From an uncultured Acidobacteriota bacterium (GTDB taxonomy: Bacteria; Acidobacteriota; Polarisedimenticolia; J045): a stretch of 64,000 nt of DNA. The notes under the pieces are model-generated. The model worked only from the letters and a program-made list of their open reading frames with translations, was not told where the DNA came from and did not search any database. Where the stretch lies: positions 1 to 64,000 of the forward strand of contig CAVPCQ010000028.1 in the NCBI GenBank assembly GCA_963702425.1. The letters run 5' to 3'. Shown piece by piece: positions 23,541-32,265 of this stretch (position 1 is the first letter of the stretch; every line of letters starts with the position of its first letter). The position numbers were made by a program, and so were the translations under genes.

Positions 23541-26171
23541 GTGACCTTTATAGTCCGTATTAGTTCGATCATGACCGGATGCTTCGCCATCGCGACGCTG
23601 CCGTGGGCCGCCGCGGACGGGCCCGCGTCGCGCGGCTCGCTGCGCCCTGTCCACCCCGAGGCCGCGACGGTCCTCGACGACGGCCTCGCCGCACCGCTGC
23701 CGCCCCCGTCGGCTCCCGCCCCGGACGGCCCCCCGGTGACCGTCCGCTTCCGCTGGCCGCTGCTCGCGCAGGACTGGCAGCACAGCTTCAACTACGTCGA
23801 TCTCGACCCATCCGGCGCGATCAAGGACTGGAACTGCCAGGGGATCACGTACGACACCCACCTCGGCAACGACGTCATGATCCGCGACTTCGTCGAGATG
23901 GACGAAGGGCGGTTCGTCGTCGCCGCCGCGGCGGGCGAGGTGGTGCGCGTCGAGGACGGCTACTTCGACCGCGCGGCCGGCGTTGGCGGCACCGGACCGA
24001 ACAACTTCGTCTACGTCCGCCACGATGACGGGAGCACCGGCCTATACCTGCACCACCGCAAATGGTCGGCCCTGGTCGGTGCCGGCGAGCGCGTGTTCGA
24101 GGGGCAGCCGCTGGCGCTGGTCGGCAGCTCGGGCTTCTCGAGCGATCCGCACGTCCACTTCGAAGTGGCCGACGCCGATGGCACCGTGCAGGAGCCGTTC
24201 TCCGGTCCCTGCCGGACCGGCGCCTCGCTCTGGAGGCCGCCGCAGCCCGGCCACACGCTGGCGAACACGATGAACGTCTACTCCGCCGGGATGACGATCT
24301 TCACGCCCGACCTCTACACGATCAAGGAGCGCTACCCGGACGTCACGCGCGTCGAGCAGAACCCCGCCGCCAACGCCTTCTTCTTCTGGCACCGCAACAC
24401 CGACATCCACGCCGGCGACGTCTCGCGCGTCGTGTTCCGCAAGCCCGACGGCACGGTCTACGACGACAACTCGTACACCTGGACGGCCGCCGCGGCGTAC
24501 GACTGGCTCTACTGGCAGACCTTCCTGCCCGGCACCGGCTCGCTGGGGAACTGGACGATCGAGTACTACCAGAACGGCCAGCTGGCGCTGACGAAGAGCT
24601 TCACCCTCGCGGCCGCTCCGTTCTCGAACCCGGTCGTGGAGGCGGCCGCCGCCTCCGCCGGCAAGGGAGTGGCCTCCGCGGTGCTCAAGGGGACCGACGC
24701 CGACAGCGGCGTCGTGCGCTTCGACCTGGTGACGCCGCCGGCCCACGGCGAGGTCCGGTTCGGCGGGCCGCGCGGCGCGCGCTTCCGCTACGTGCCGGAG
24801 AGCGGCTACTCCGGTCCCGACTCGTTCCAGGTGAAGGTGCAGGACACCGAGTTCCGCGACAGCGCGCCGGCAACGATCTCGCTCACCGTCACCCCCGTGC
24901 GCCACGACGTGCTGCGGCTGGAAGGGGACACGGAACAGGACTACGTCGAGGTGCCCGCCAACCCCGCGCTCGACACACCCGGCAATGCCTTCACGGTGGA
25001 GGTCTGGCTGCGGCCGGGGATCGGCTCGAGCCAGTACCAGCGCGTGATCGATCGCCGCAGCCCGGTCGACTTCGACGTGCGCGGCGTGTCGCTGCGGCTG
25101 GTCCCCGACGGCTGGGTCGAGTTCGCGGTCGGGCGCGGGGCCAGCGCCGCCTACTGCTACTCGATCGCGCGTCTCCCGCTGACCCGCTGGACGCACGTCG
25201 CGCTGACCTACGACGGGACCTACCAGCGCGTCTACGTCAACGGCCAGCTCGACAACTTCTGCTTCGCACCGGGGACGATCTCGTGGGCCGGGACCGGCGC
25301 GCTGCGGATCGGCGGCGGCTTCGGCTCGTTCGAGACCTACCGGGGCGACATCGATGAGGTCCGCTGGTGGGGGGCGGCGCGCAGCGAGACCGAGATCCGC
25401 GCGGGTGCGCAGTGCGCTTTCTACTCGTCGCCGCTGCCGGCGGCGCTGCGCGGCAACTGGCGCTTCAACGGCGACGCTCAGGACAGCACCGTCAACGCGC
25501 TGCACGGGGTGCGCGTCGCCGGCGCCTCGTTCGAGACGACCGACCCCGGGACGCCGCTGCGCTGCGCCGGAGTCAACCTCGATGGCGACGGCTTCGGCGA
25601 CGCCACGGACAACTGCCCGCTGGTGGCGCAGGGGAGCCAGGCCGACGGCGACGCCGACGGGGTCGGCGACGCCTGCGACCTCTGCCCGGCGGCGAAGGAC
25701 GCGGCGCAGGCGGACCTCGACCTGGACGGGGTCGGCGACGCCTGCGACCGCTGCCCCTACGTCGGCGACACCGCCCAGGCCGACGCCGACGGCGACGGGG
25801 CCGGCGACGCCTGCGATCCGTTCGCCGCCGACGCCGCGCGCGGCGTGCCCTCGGCGGCGATCGTGCTGACTGCCGTACACAATCGCGCCACGGCGATCTC
25901 GACCTTCAGCTGGAGCGCCGAGCCGCGCTCGACGCGGTACGAGTTCTATCGCGGCACGCTCGAGATGCTGCGCGCGCGCTTCTACGGAACCTGCCAGAAC
26001 GGCCGCGATGCCGATCCGAACGACCGCCAGTTCGCCGAGAACGAGTCACCGGCCCCCGGCAGTGCCTACTTCTACCTCGTCCTCGGCGTCGCCGCCGACG
26101 GGACGCGGGGCCTTGCCGGGCTCGACTCCGCGGGGCGCCTGCGCGACCTCCGGGGGCGCGACTGCCGCTGA
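23541..26171 (+). CDS. Secreted M23 + Ig + LamG + TSP3 + C-terminal module (copy 2)
   Basis: Same motifs as copy 1, with scattered mostly synonymous or conservative differences. Confidence 0.87.
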   Translation: MTFIVRISSIMTGCFAIATLPWAAADGPASRGSLRPVHPEAATVLDDGLAAPLPPPSAPAPDGPPVTVRFRWPLLAQDWQHSFNYVDLDPSGAIKDWNCQGITYDTHLGNDVMIRDFVEMDEGRFVVAAAAGEVVRVEDGYFDRAAGVGGTGPNNFVYVRHDDGSTGLYLHHRKWSALVGAGERVFEGQPLALVGSSGFSSDPHVHFEVADADGTVQEPFSGPCRTGASLWRPPQPGHTLANTMNVYSAGMTIFTPDLYTIKERYPDVTRVEQNPAANAFFFWHRNTDIHAGDVSRVVFRKPDGTVYDDNSYTWTAAAAYDWLYWQTFLPGTGSLGNWTIEYYQNGQLALTKSFTLAAAPFSNPVVEAAAASAGKGVASAVLKGTDADSGVVRFDLVTPPAHGEVRFGGPRGARFRYVPESGYSGPDSFQVKVQDTEFRDSAPATISLTVTPVRHDVLRLEGDTEQDYVEVPANPALDTPGNAFTVEVWLRPGIGSSQYQRVIDRRSPVDFDVRGVSLRLVPDGWVEFAVGRGASAAYCYSIARLPLTRWTHVALTYDGTYQRVYVNGQLDNFCFAPGTISWAGTGALRIGGGFGSFETYRGDIDEVRWWGAARSETEIRAGAQCAFYSSPLPAALRGNWRFNGDAQDSTVNALHGVRVAGASFETTDPGTPLRCAGVNLDGDGFGDATDNCPLVAQGSQADGDADGVGDACDLCPAAKDAAQADLDLDGVGDACDRCPYVGDTAQADADGDGAGDACDPFAADAARGVPSAAIVLTAVHNRATAISTFSWSAEPRSTRYEFYRGTLEMLRARFYGTCQNGRDADPNDRQFAENESPAPGSAYFYLVLGVAADGTRGLAGLDSAGRLRDLRGRDCR

Positions 26172-26219
26172 CGCGGCCCCGCGGCCGTGGCATCCTCCCC
26201 GGGAACGAGGGAGGCCGCC

Positions 26220-26684
26220 ATGTCGCTGAGAGACCGCCTGCTCGAAGACCTCAAGAGCGCGATGAAGGCCCAGGACGCGCGCCGCCTGGCGATGCTGCGG
26301 ATGCTGAAGGCCGAGATGCTCAAGGTCGAAGTCAACCTGCGCGAGACGAAGGGGCTCGACTACCACCTCGACGACGCCGAGGCGACGCGCGTGCTCTCGA
26401 CCTACGCCAAGCAGCGGCGGGAGTCGATCGAGGCCTACCGCAAGGGGGGGCGCGAGGACCTCGCGACGCAGGAGGAGGCGGAGCTGCAGATGGTCGAAGC
26501 CTACCTGCCGAAGGCGCTGGGCGAGGACGAGGTCCGCGCCGCCGTGCAGGCGGTCATCGCCGAGACCGGGGCGACCTCGAAGAAGGACCTCGGCGCGGTG
26601 ATGAAGGGCGCGATGGCGAGGCTGCAGGGCGCGGCCGACGGCAAGCTCGTCAGCCGGATCGCGGGCGAGCTGCTGGGGCCGTAG
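26220..26684 (+). CDS. yqeY: GatB/YqeY domain protein (intact)
   Basis: GGAGG RBS; complete YqeY pattern ending ADGKLVSRIAGELLGP. Confidence 0.92.
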   Translation: MSLRDRLLEDLKSAMKAQDARRLAMLRMLKAEMLKVEVNLRETKGLDYHLDDAEATRVLSTYAKQRRESIEAYRKGGREDLATQEEAELQMVEAYLPKALGEDEVRAAVQAVIAETGATSKKDLGAVMKGAMARLQGAADGKLVSRIAGELLGP

Positions 26685-26738
26685 CGGCCGGGTCCCACCG
26701 CGGCGCTGCGGGCCGGGGACGGCGCCGCCGCGCGCGCC

Positions 26739-27020
26739 TCAGCGCGTGCGCAGCCGCTCGGCCAGCCGCGCGGCGACGTCGTCGTCGATCGGCTGGGGTT
26801 CGCGCAGCGCGGTCCGCAGGCCGGCGACGATCGCGCCGAACCGGCCGCCGAAGCGCTCGCAGACGTCGCAACCCGCCACGTGCGCGTGGACGGCGGCGAC
26901 GGCCGCGGCCGGGAGCTGACCGTCGACGAGATCGCTCAGCGCCGCCAGCACTTCGCTGCAGCGCAGCCCGCCGACCTCGCGCTCTTCGGGGCGCCCGGGC
27001 ATTTCGTCTCCTGGCGTCAT
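26739..27020 (-). CDS. Zinc-binding (zf-HC2/ZAS) anti-sigma factor
   Basis: LRCSEVLAALSDLVDG..HVAGCDVC (HxxxCxxC); ATGA overlap with the ECF sigma stop. Confidence 0.85.
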   Translation of the reverse strand: MTPGDEMPGRPEEREVGGLRCSEVLAALSDLVDGQLPAAAVAAVHAHVAGCDVCERFGGRFGAIVAGLRTALREPQPIDDDVAARLAERLRTR

Positions 27021-27581
27021 TTCAATCCCTCCTCCGCGAGCGCCGCGGCGAGCCGGAGGCGCGCGCGGTGCAGGCGGCTCTTCATCGCCGGTAGTGCGAG
27101 CCCCAGGATTGCCGCGGTCCTGTCGCCGTCCAGCTCCTCGAGATCGCGCAGCACGATCACTTCGCGGTCGGCGGGGCCGAGCCGGTCGAGCGCCCGCTGG
27201 AGCGCCCCCCGCCGTTGTGCGGCGATCGCGAGCCGCTCGGGGTCGTCTTCCGCACCCCAGCCGGCAGCGATCCCCAGGCTCCAGTCGTCGGGCTCCGGCT
27301 CGGGATCCGCGGCCGCGCGGGTGCGCAGGCGGAGCGCGGCATGGCGAGCGATCGTCAGCAGCCAGGTGCGCACCGTGCTCTCGGCGCGGAACTGCGCGGC
27401 GTGCCGGTAGGCGGAAAGAAAGGTCTCCTGCAGCGCGTCCTCGGCATCCTGGCGGGTCGGTGCGGCGGCGCGGCACAGGCGCCAGACGGCATCCCTGTGC
27501 CGCGCGACCAGCTCCTCGAAGGCGGCGCGGTCGCCGCCGGCGGTGCGGCGAAGCAGTTCGCGCGTCCTCTGGATCGGCCAT
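27017..27581 (-). CDS. ECF sigma-70 factor (frameshift near 5' end at ~27560)
   Basis: GDRAAFEELV, DAEDALQETF, TWLLTIAR, EVIVLRDLEEL, MKSRLHRAR. Start MADPED is one base out of frame. Confidence 0.88.
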
Positions 27582-27605
27582 CGGCGCGCTGCGCTCCGCG
27601 TTCCC

Positions 27606-27808
27606 CTACTGTCGGACGGGGCAGGTCGAGAAGCCGAGCAGACCGTAGAGCGGACAGTTGCCGACGAGACCGGTGAGGAGCGGGACAACGCCGATGTAGC
27701 CCCACGGTGTGACGCCGGAGACGGCCAGGCCGACAGGCCGAGGCCCAGGACGACGCGCACGGCGCGCTCGATCGGGTGGACGTTGCGGCCGAAGATGCGA
27801 GCGAGCAT
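27606..27808 (-). CDS. DUF2892 (YgaP-like) small membrane protein, frameshift at ~27735
   Basis: NVHPIERAVRVVLG joined to WGYIGVVPLLTGLVGNCPLYGLLGFSTC; AAGGAG RBS. Confidence 0.85.
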
Positions 27809-27945
27809 GGGTGGCTCCTTTCACCCCAATAGAGCACGATCCCCCCTCCCGGGATTCACCCGGCGAGAAGAAAGTCACCGGGAGGACGGGGGAGGGGCCC
27901 GGGGTCGAGCTCAGTGCAGGCCCGCAGCGCGCCGACCCGGTCGGG

Positions 27946-28281
27946 TCAGGGCTGCCGCCGCATCCCGACCCCGACCATCAGCCAAGCCACGGCCAGCAGC
28001 GCGAAGCCGACCGCGCCCGGAACCATCGACTCGGCGAGGCCGGCCATCAGCTTGCCGGGGTCCGGGGCCGTCGGGCTCTGGGCTGCATCGGCCGCGCGGG
28101 CGAACGACATCGCGAGCCCGGAGACCATCGCGCTGGCCGAGGCGAGGATCACGGCCAGCGAGAGCGGCCGCAGCATCGCCAGCCGGTTCTCGGCCGGGCG
28201 CACGGCGAACGAGATTCCCAGCCAGAGGGCCGCCAGGCCGACGACGAGTGTGAAACCGAGCAGGGCGAGTCCGAGGAACAT
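27946..28281 (-). CDS. Small 3-TM membrane protein (weak MotA/TolQ/ExbB-like resemblance)
   Basis: 111 aa with three hydrophobic segments and LMAGLAESM; AAGGAGGT RBS. Confidence 0.7.
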   Translation of the reverse strand: MFLGLALLGFTLVVGLAALWLGISFAVRPAENRLAMLRPLSLAVILASASAMVSGLAMSFARAADAAQSPTAPDPGKLMAGLAESMVPGAVGFALLAVAWLMVGVGMRRQP

Positions 28282-28309
28282 CGAGACCTCCTTCCGAAGT
28301 CGCAGGAGT

Positions 28310-28335
28310 AACGCGCGGGAGGGGTCCGCGTGACC
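28310..28335 (-). promoter_or_regulatory. Putative ECF promoter GGTCAC-N16-CGTT for the 3-TM protein gene
   Basis: Minus strand reads GGTCAC gcggacccctcccgcg CGTTA, matching the motif upstream of the divergent sigma gene. Confidence 0.65.
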
Positions 28336-28466
28336 CGTCGGGGCTTCCCGGGCGAGCGGTGGGAGTCTGTTCGAGCCCCGTCGGGGTTTCCCGGGCGAGC
28401 GGTGGGCGTCTGTTCGAGCCCCGTCGGGGCTTCCCGGGCGAGCGGTGGGCGTCTGTTCGAGCCCCG
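28334..28466. repeat. 3 x 43-bp tandem repeat without spacers
   Basis: Unit CCCGTCGGGG(C/T)TTCCCGGGCGAGCGGTGGG(A/C)GTCTGTTCGAGC at 28334, 28377 and 28420. Confidence 0.95.
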
Positions 28467-28480
28467 CCGTGGCAGGCCCG

Positions 28481-28506
28481 TGTCACGATAACGGGCCCGG
28501 AGCGTT
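28481..28506 (+). promoter_or_regulatory. Putative autoregulatory ECF promoter TGTCAC-N16-CGTT
   Basis: TGTCAC gataacgggcccggag CGTTG, ending 8 nt before the sigma GTG. Confidence 0.65.
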
Positions 28507-28514
28507 GGAGAGGC

Positions 28515-29081
28515 GTGGAGCAGGAGACCGAGCGGGAGCTGGTCGCACGGCTGCGGGCCGGGGACGCCTCGGCCTTCGACGCGATCTACGACGCCTACCG
28601 CGCGCGGCTCTTCGCCTACCTGCTCCGCATGGCCCGGCACCGCGAGGTCGCCGAGGACCTGCTCGAGGAGACCTGGCTGCGGTTGATCGCCCACCCGCCG
28701 CCCGCGGACGAGGCGATGAAGCTGGCCCCGTGGCTCTTCACCGTCGCCCGCAACCTCTTCCTGAGTTGGAGCCGCTGGCGGCTGCTCGACGCCGAGCGGG
28801 TCGGCGAGCTGGCGCGGATCACGCTGCGCGCCCCGCCCCCGCCCGGGCCGCTCGACGACCTCGCGCGCGACGAACGCGAGCAGGCGCTCGAGCAGGCGCT
28901 GGCGAAGCTCCCGGCGCGGGCGCGCGAGGCGTTGCTGCTGGTCGGCGTGGAAGGGATGACCCCCGGCGAGGCGGCGGCGGTCTGCGGGATCGCGCCGGAG
29001 GCGATGCGCGCGCGCCTGATGCGGGCGCGCCGGCTGCTGGCGCGCGAGCTGTCGGACGTGGCATCGGAGGAAGCAGGATGA
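28515..29081 (+). CDS. ECF sigma-70 factor
   Basis: GDASAFDAIY, AEDLLEETWL, PWLFTVARN, REALLLVGVEGMT, RARLMRAR. Confidence 0.9.
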   Translation: MEQETERELVARLRAGDASAFDAIYDAYRARLFAYLLRMARHREVAEDLLEETWLRLIAHPPPADEAMKLAPWLFTVARNLFLSWSRWRLLDAERVGELARITLRAPPPPGPLDDLARDEREQALEQALAKLPARAREALLLVGVEGMTPGEAAAVCGIAPEAMRARLMRARRLLARELSDVASEEAG

Positions 29082-29350
29082 CGACCCCCGACGATTTCGA
29101 TCGGTTCACGGCCATGGCGCTGGCGGCGCTGGGCACGCACGACCTGCCGCACCCCGATTCCGAGGCGCTCCGCGCGCGCTGCCACGCGGCGCTGGCGGCG
29201 CGCCGGCGGCGAAGCGGCGGCGCAGCAGCGGCGTGGCAGGCGCTCTACGACCGCGTGCTCGAGCCGGCCGTGATCGCGCTCCTCGGCGGTGCCGCGCTCG
29301 TCACGACCGTGCTGCAGGCGGCGGCGATCCTCGCCGGCCGGGTGGCGTGA
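29078..29350 (+). CDS. Putative single-TM anti-sigma factor
   Basis: ATGA overlap with the sigma stop; 90 aa with a C-terminal TM helix. Confidence 0.7.
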   Translation: MTTPDDFDRFTAMALAALGTHDLPHPDSEALRARCHAALAARRRRSGGAAAAWQALYDRVLEPAVIALLGGAALVTTVLQAAAILAGRVA

Positions 29351-29768
29351 GCCGGGGAGCGCGGGATGGATCGATCCGGCGGATCCCGTCGATCCCGTCC
29401 AGGTGACGGTCGGCGGTCACGATCGTGTCGATCGTGTTCTCGATCATCGTGGCGGCGTGGAGAGCATCCCGCACCGGCAGGCGAGGGTGCCGCCGGATGA
29501 TCTCGCAGGCGCGAGAGACGATCGACGGGGTGACGGGGAGCAACCCGGGGAACAAGGCGAGGAGCGCCTCCCCGATCTCGGCGGCCTGGTCGCGTCGTCC
29601 GCGACGCGCGACGACGTGCATCACTTCCTGCACCACATCGACGCTCGTCGTCGCCGTCAACGTTCCGTCCGCGATGCGCGCAAGAAGCGCCTGGCACGGA
29701 GCGCGAAGCGGATGCCCCGCACCCGCCGCGTAGAGGAACACGTTGCTATCGAGGAAGACCGGCGTCAT
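29301..29768 (-). CDS. vapC: PIN-domain VapC toxin
   Basis: VFLDSNVFLYA, VVQEV, RDALHAAT, IVTADRHLD. Confidence 0.9.
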   Translation of the reverse strand: MTPVFLDSNVFLYAAGAGHPLRAPCQALLARIADGTLTATTSVDVVQEVMHVVARRGRRDQAAEIGEALLALFPGLLPVTPSIVSRACEIIRRHPRLPVRDALHAATMIENTIDTIVTADRHLDGIDGIRRIDPSRAPRLTPPGRRGSPPPAARS

Positions 29769-30000
29769 GGCGTTGCTCGATGAGCTGCTCGAGGGCTTCC
29801 CAGTCCTCGGGAATCGCGATCTCCATCGCGCAGATGCGCGCGACCGCTTCGCTGAGCGCAGGAACCGCCCGCAGGTACCGTTCGCGCACGGCGGCCCGCA
29901 CGAGTTCGCTCAGGGACACGCCCTGGGCCTGGGCGATCGCCGCGAGGCGCTGGTACTCGTCCGGTTCCATGAGGATCTGTGCCTTTCGCGTGGCGGCCAC
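29746..30000 (-). CDS. Ribbon-helix-helix (CopG-like) antitoxin
   Basis: RKAQILM..LAAIAQAQGVSLSELVRAAV; GGAGG RBS; overlaps the toxin start. Confidence 0.85.
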   Translation of the reverse strand: MAATRKAQILMEPDEYQRLAAIAQAQGVSLSELVRAAVRERYLRAVPALSEAVARICAMEIAIPEDWEALEQLIEQRHDAGLPR

Positions 30001-30013
30001 GGACGCCTCCAAT

Positions 30014-30037
30014 GATGTATACGTATAGGTATACATC
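30014..30037. promoter_or_regulatory. Inverted-repeat operator of the TA operon
   Basis: GATGTATAC-gtatag-GTATACATC, perfect 9-bp arms, AT-rich, just upstream of the antitoxin RBS. Confidence 0.75.
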
Positions 30038-30169
30038 TCCATGCGGAAAGCGCCAAGTCGTGAGACCGACTCGATGGTGCCGGGCCCGCCGCGAAGAGGG
30101 AAGGGATGACGCCGGCCAGCTTCCCGGTCGCGGGAATCAGGGCGCGGAGCGGAGAGAGAGCGCCCTCCC

Positions 30170-32161
30170 CTACGGGCAGACCCCGATCGCCTGCGCGTAC
30201 CAGCAACCGCCCCCCGGGCCCGCCGCGGGCCGCTCCGCGCCGGAGCCGCCTCGCCCGTACGACCCCTCACGCGCGCCGTCGTTTCCGACGACCAGCAGGA
30301 ACACCGAGCCCGCCCCGGGCACGACGTCGGCGTACCCCGCGTTCCCCAGGTGACAGGCCCGGCCGGCGTAGGCGTAGCTCGAGACCTGGGCCAGGTTTCC
30401 CCAGTAGGCGGTGTGGTCCACCGCGTCGCAGGCCGCCTGCCAGGTCAGGCGCATCGAGCCGGTCAGGCGGTCGTAGCGCGCGACGCGCAGCTGCGCGTGC
30501 GCGTCGGCCGCCGGCCCCGCCTCGCCCGGCCCGAAGTCGACCGGCCCCGGGATCGCGAGCAGCGTCAGCGACGACGCCGGCAGCGCGACGCTGGCCGCTC
30601 CCCCGGGGAGCGGAAGGTCCGCTTCGCGCACGATCCGCGAGAGGTCGGCCGCGCTGTAGCGGTAGACGCGCGCCGCGCCCGAGGGCGCGAAGTTGAGGAC
30701 GCTCAGCGCGCTGGTCTCGGCGCTCGTCGACTTGTTGACCAGCGCGATGGTCAGCCAGCCGTCGCCGCGCAGCGCGGCGTAGATCGCGACCCGCGACGGG
30801 TCGCCGCTGGTCGCGCGCACCCCGGTGTTGCCGAAACGCCCGCCCGCCCCGTCGACGTTGCGGTAGAGCCGGAACGCGAACGCGCCCGGGTCGGTCGCGG
30901 CGGGCGGGGACCAGAGCGCCGCCAGGTGCAGCCCCTCGCGGCCGAAGATCCCCAGCACGTCGGCCTGGGCCAGTGCACCGTTGATCGACTCGAGGCCGCC
31001 CCAGTTGTACTCGGTGATCGCCAGCTTGGTCCCGGGGTAGCGCGTCGCCACCCACTCCCGCATCCGCGGGAGCAGCCGCACCGCCTCGCCGATCCAGCTC
31101 TCGTCGACGTACGCGGGGTCCCACAGCGCGCGCGTCGAGCGCAGGCGCAGCGCCTGCGTCGCGGCGTCGCCGGCGGGGGAGAGGGCGACGCCCGCGGCCT
31201 GCGGGTAGTAGTGCAGGTCGAGGACGTCGAGGACCCGCAGCCCGTGCGCGCGCTCCCAGGCGCTCATCTGCGCCAGGTACCACTCGACGAACGGCACTCC
31301 GCCGTGCGCGTTGCGATCCTGCGGGTGGTTCCACCAGTCGCCCCCCGGCTCCCAGTCGAGCGCGGAGTAGAAGTAGGCGGTCCAGCCCCACGCGACCGGC
31401 CCCAGCGTCAGCGCGCCGGGATCGGCCTCCTTCACCGCCGGGGCGTAGAGCACCGCCCGGTCGCGCAGCTCGTCGTACGAGGCCGGCTGGGGGTGGACGT
31501 CGCGGTGGGTGTCGTTCCAGAGCTCCGGCTCGTTGTCGAGGTCGTAGAACGGCACGCCCCCCTCGCGCGCGGCGCCGTAGCGCGCGACGAGGTGCGCGAC
31601 CCAGTCCCTGACGAACGGCGGCCCGATCGCGCTCGAGGTGTCGGCCGGATCGTTCCCGGCGATCTCCGAACCGTCGCCGCGCCGGCCGTTGCCGCAGTCG
31701 GGGCGCCAGGGGTCGACCGACTGCTGCGCGCCGTAGCGGGCGACCGAGAAGCCGCAGGCATAGCCGCGCGACTTCGGGGTCCAGCCGACCAGCGGGACCG
31801 TCAGCAGCGTCTTCGTCCCGGTGCGGCGGTCCTGCTCGACGAAGCGGTCGGACGAGGAGCCGTCGGGGAGCGCGCCCGGGTCGGGGTTGTCGTTGGGGAT
31901 GTTCTCGAAGTACCAGTCGCTGGCCCGGTTGCTGGTGTCGTTGCGCCAACTGTAGCGCGTGGTGGCGTTGCCGCCCCAGCGGCGCAGCGGCAGTCCGAGC
32001 TCGGCGGCGAGCGCCTCGTCGGCGAAGTTGATCCCGTAGACGAGCGGCGAGATCGCGTGCCGGTCGGCGGCGGCGTCGACGGTCAGGGCCGGCCCCGCTG
32101 CAAAGGCCGGGCCGGTCGCGGCGAGGAGCACGAGGACGGCACACGCGTCACGGAGAGCCAT
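30170..32161 (-). CDS. Secreted glycoside hydrolase family 44 (endoglucanase/xyloglucanase) + C-terminal module
   Basis: Signal peptide ending AFA; ISPLVYGIN, RWGGNATTRYSW, YDLDNEP, DLHYYPQ, LAITEYNWG. Confidence 0.88.
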   Translation of the reverse strand: MALRDACAVLVLLAATGPAFAAGPALTVDAAADRHAISPLVYGINFADEALAAELGLPLRRWGGNATTRYSWRNDTSNRASDWYFENIPNDNPDPGALPDGSSSDRFVEQDRRTGTKTLLTVPLVGWTPKSRGYACGFSVARYGAQQSVDPWRPDCGNGRRGDGSEIAGNDPADTSSAIGPPFVRDWVAHLVARYGAAREGGVPFYDLDNEPELWNDTHRDVHPQPASYDELRDRAVLYAPAVKEADPGALTLGPVAWGWTAYFYSALDWEPGGDWWNHPQDRNAHGGVPFVEWYLAQMSAWERAHGLRVLDVLDLHYYPQAAGVALSPAGDAATQALRLRSTRALWDPAYVDESWIGEAVRLLPRMREWVATRYPGTKLAITEYNWGGLESINGALAQADVLGIFGREGLHLAALWSPPAATDPGAFAFRLYRNVDGAGGRFGNTGVRATSGDPSRVAIYAALRGDGWLTIALVNKSTSAETSALSVLNFAPSGAARVYRYSAADLSRIVREADLPLPGGAASVALPASSLTLLAIPGPVDFGPGEAGPAADAHAQLRVARYDRLTGSMRLTWQAACDAVDHTAYWGNLAQVSSYAYAGRACHLGNAGYADVVPGAGSVFLLVVGNDGAREGSYGRGGSGAERPAAGPGGGCWYAQAIGVCP

Positions 32162-32265
32162 GGGCCAGGTCACGATGCGAAAAGCGCGCCGGATCCGGAA
32201 TCGCCCGCGCCCGTCTCCTACGGTCCGCCGCTGGCGGATCCGGTTACGAAAAGCGGCTGCGGCCG

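Larger units (their letters stand above)
18701..26636. repeat. ~3.97 kb direct tandem duplication (about 18701-22667 vs 22679-26636)
   Basis: Same sequence recurs at offset 3978 (ATG 19430 vs 23408) and 3967 (yqeY ATG 22253 vs 26220). Junction at ~22660-22680. Confidence 0.97.

Noticed and set aside
18701-26636. Duplication as a diversity-generating retroelement or transposon product
   Set aside because: Differences are not adenine-specific and are largely synonymous; no reverse transcriptase, transposase or terminal repeats are seen.
28334-28466. 43-bp repeats as a CRISPR array
   Set aside because: Units are directly adjacent with no unique spacers, and no cas genes are present.
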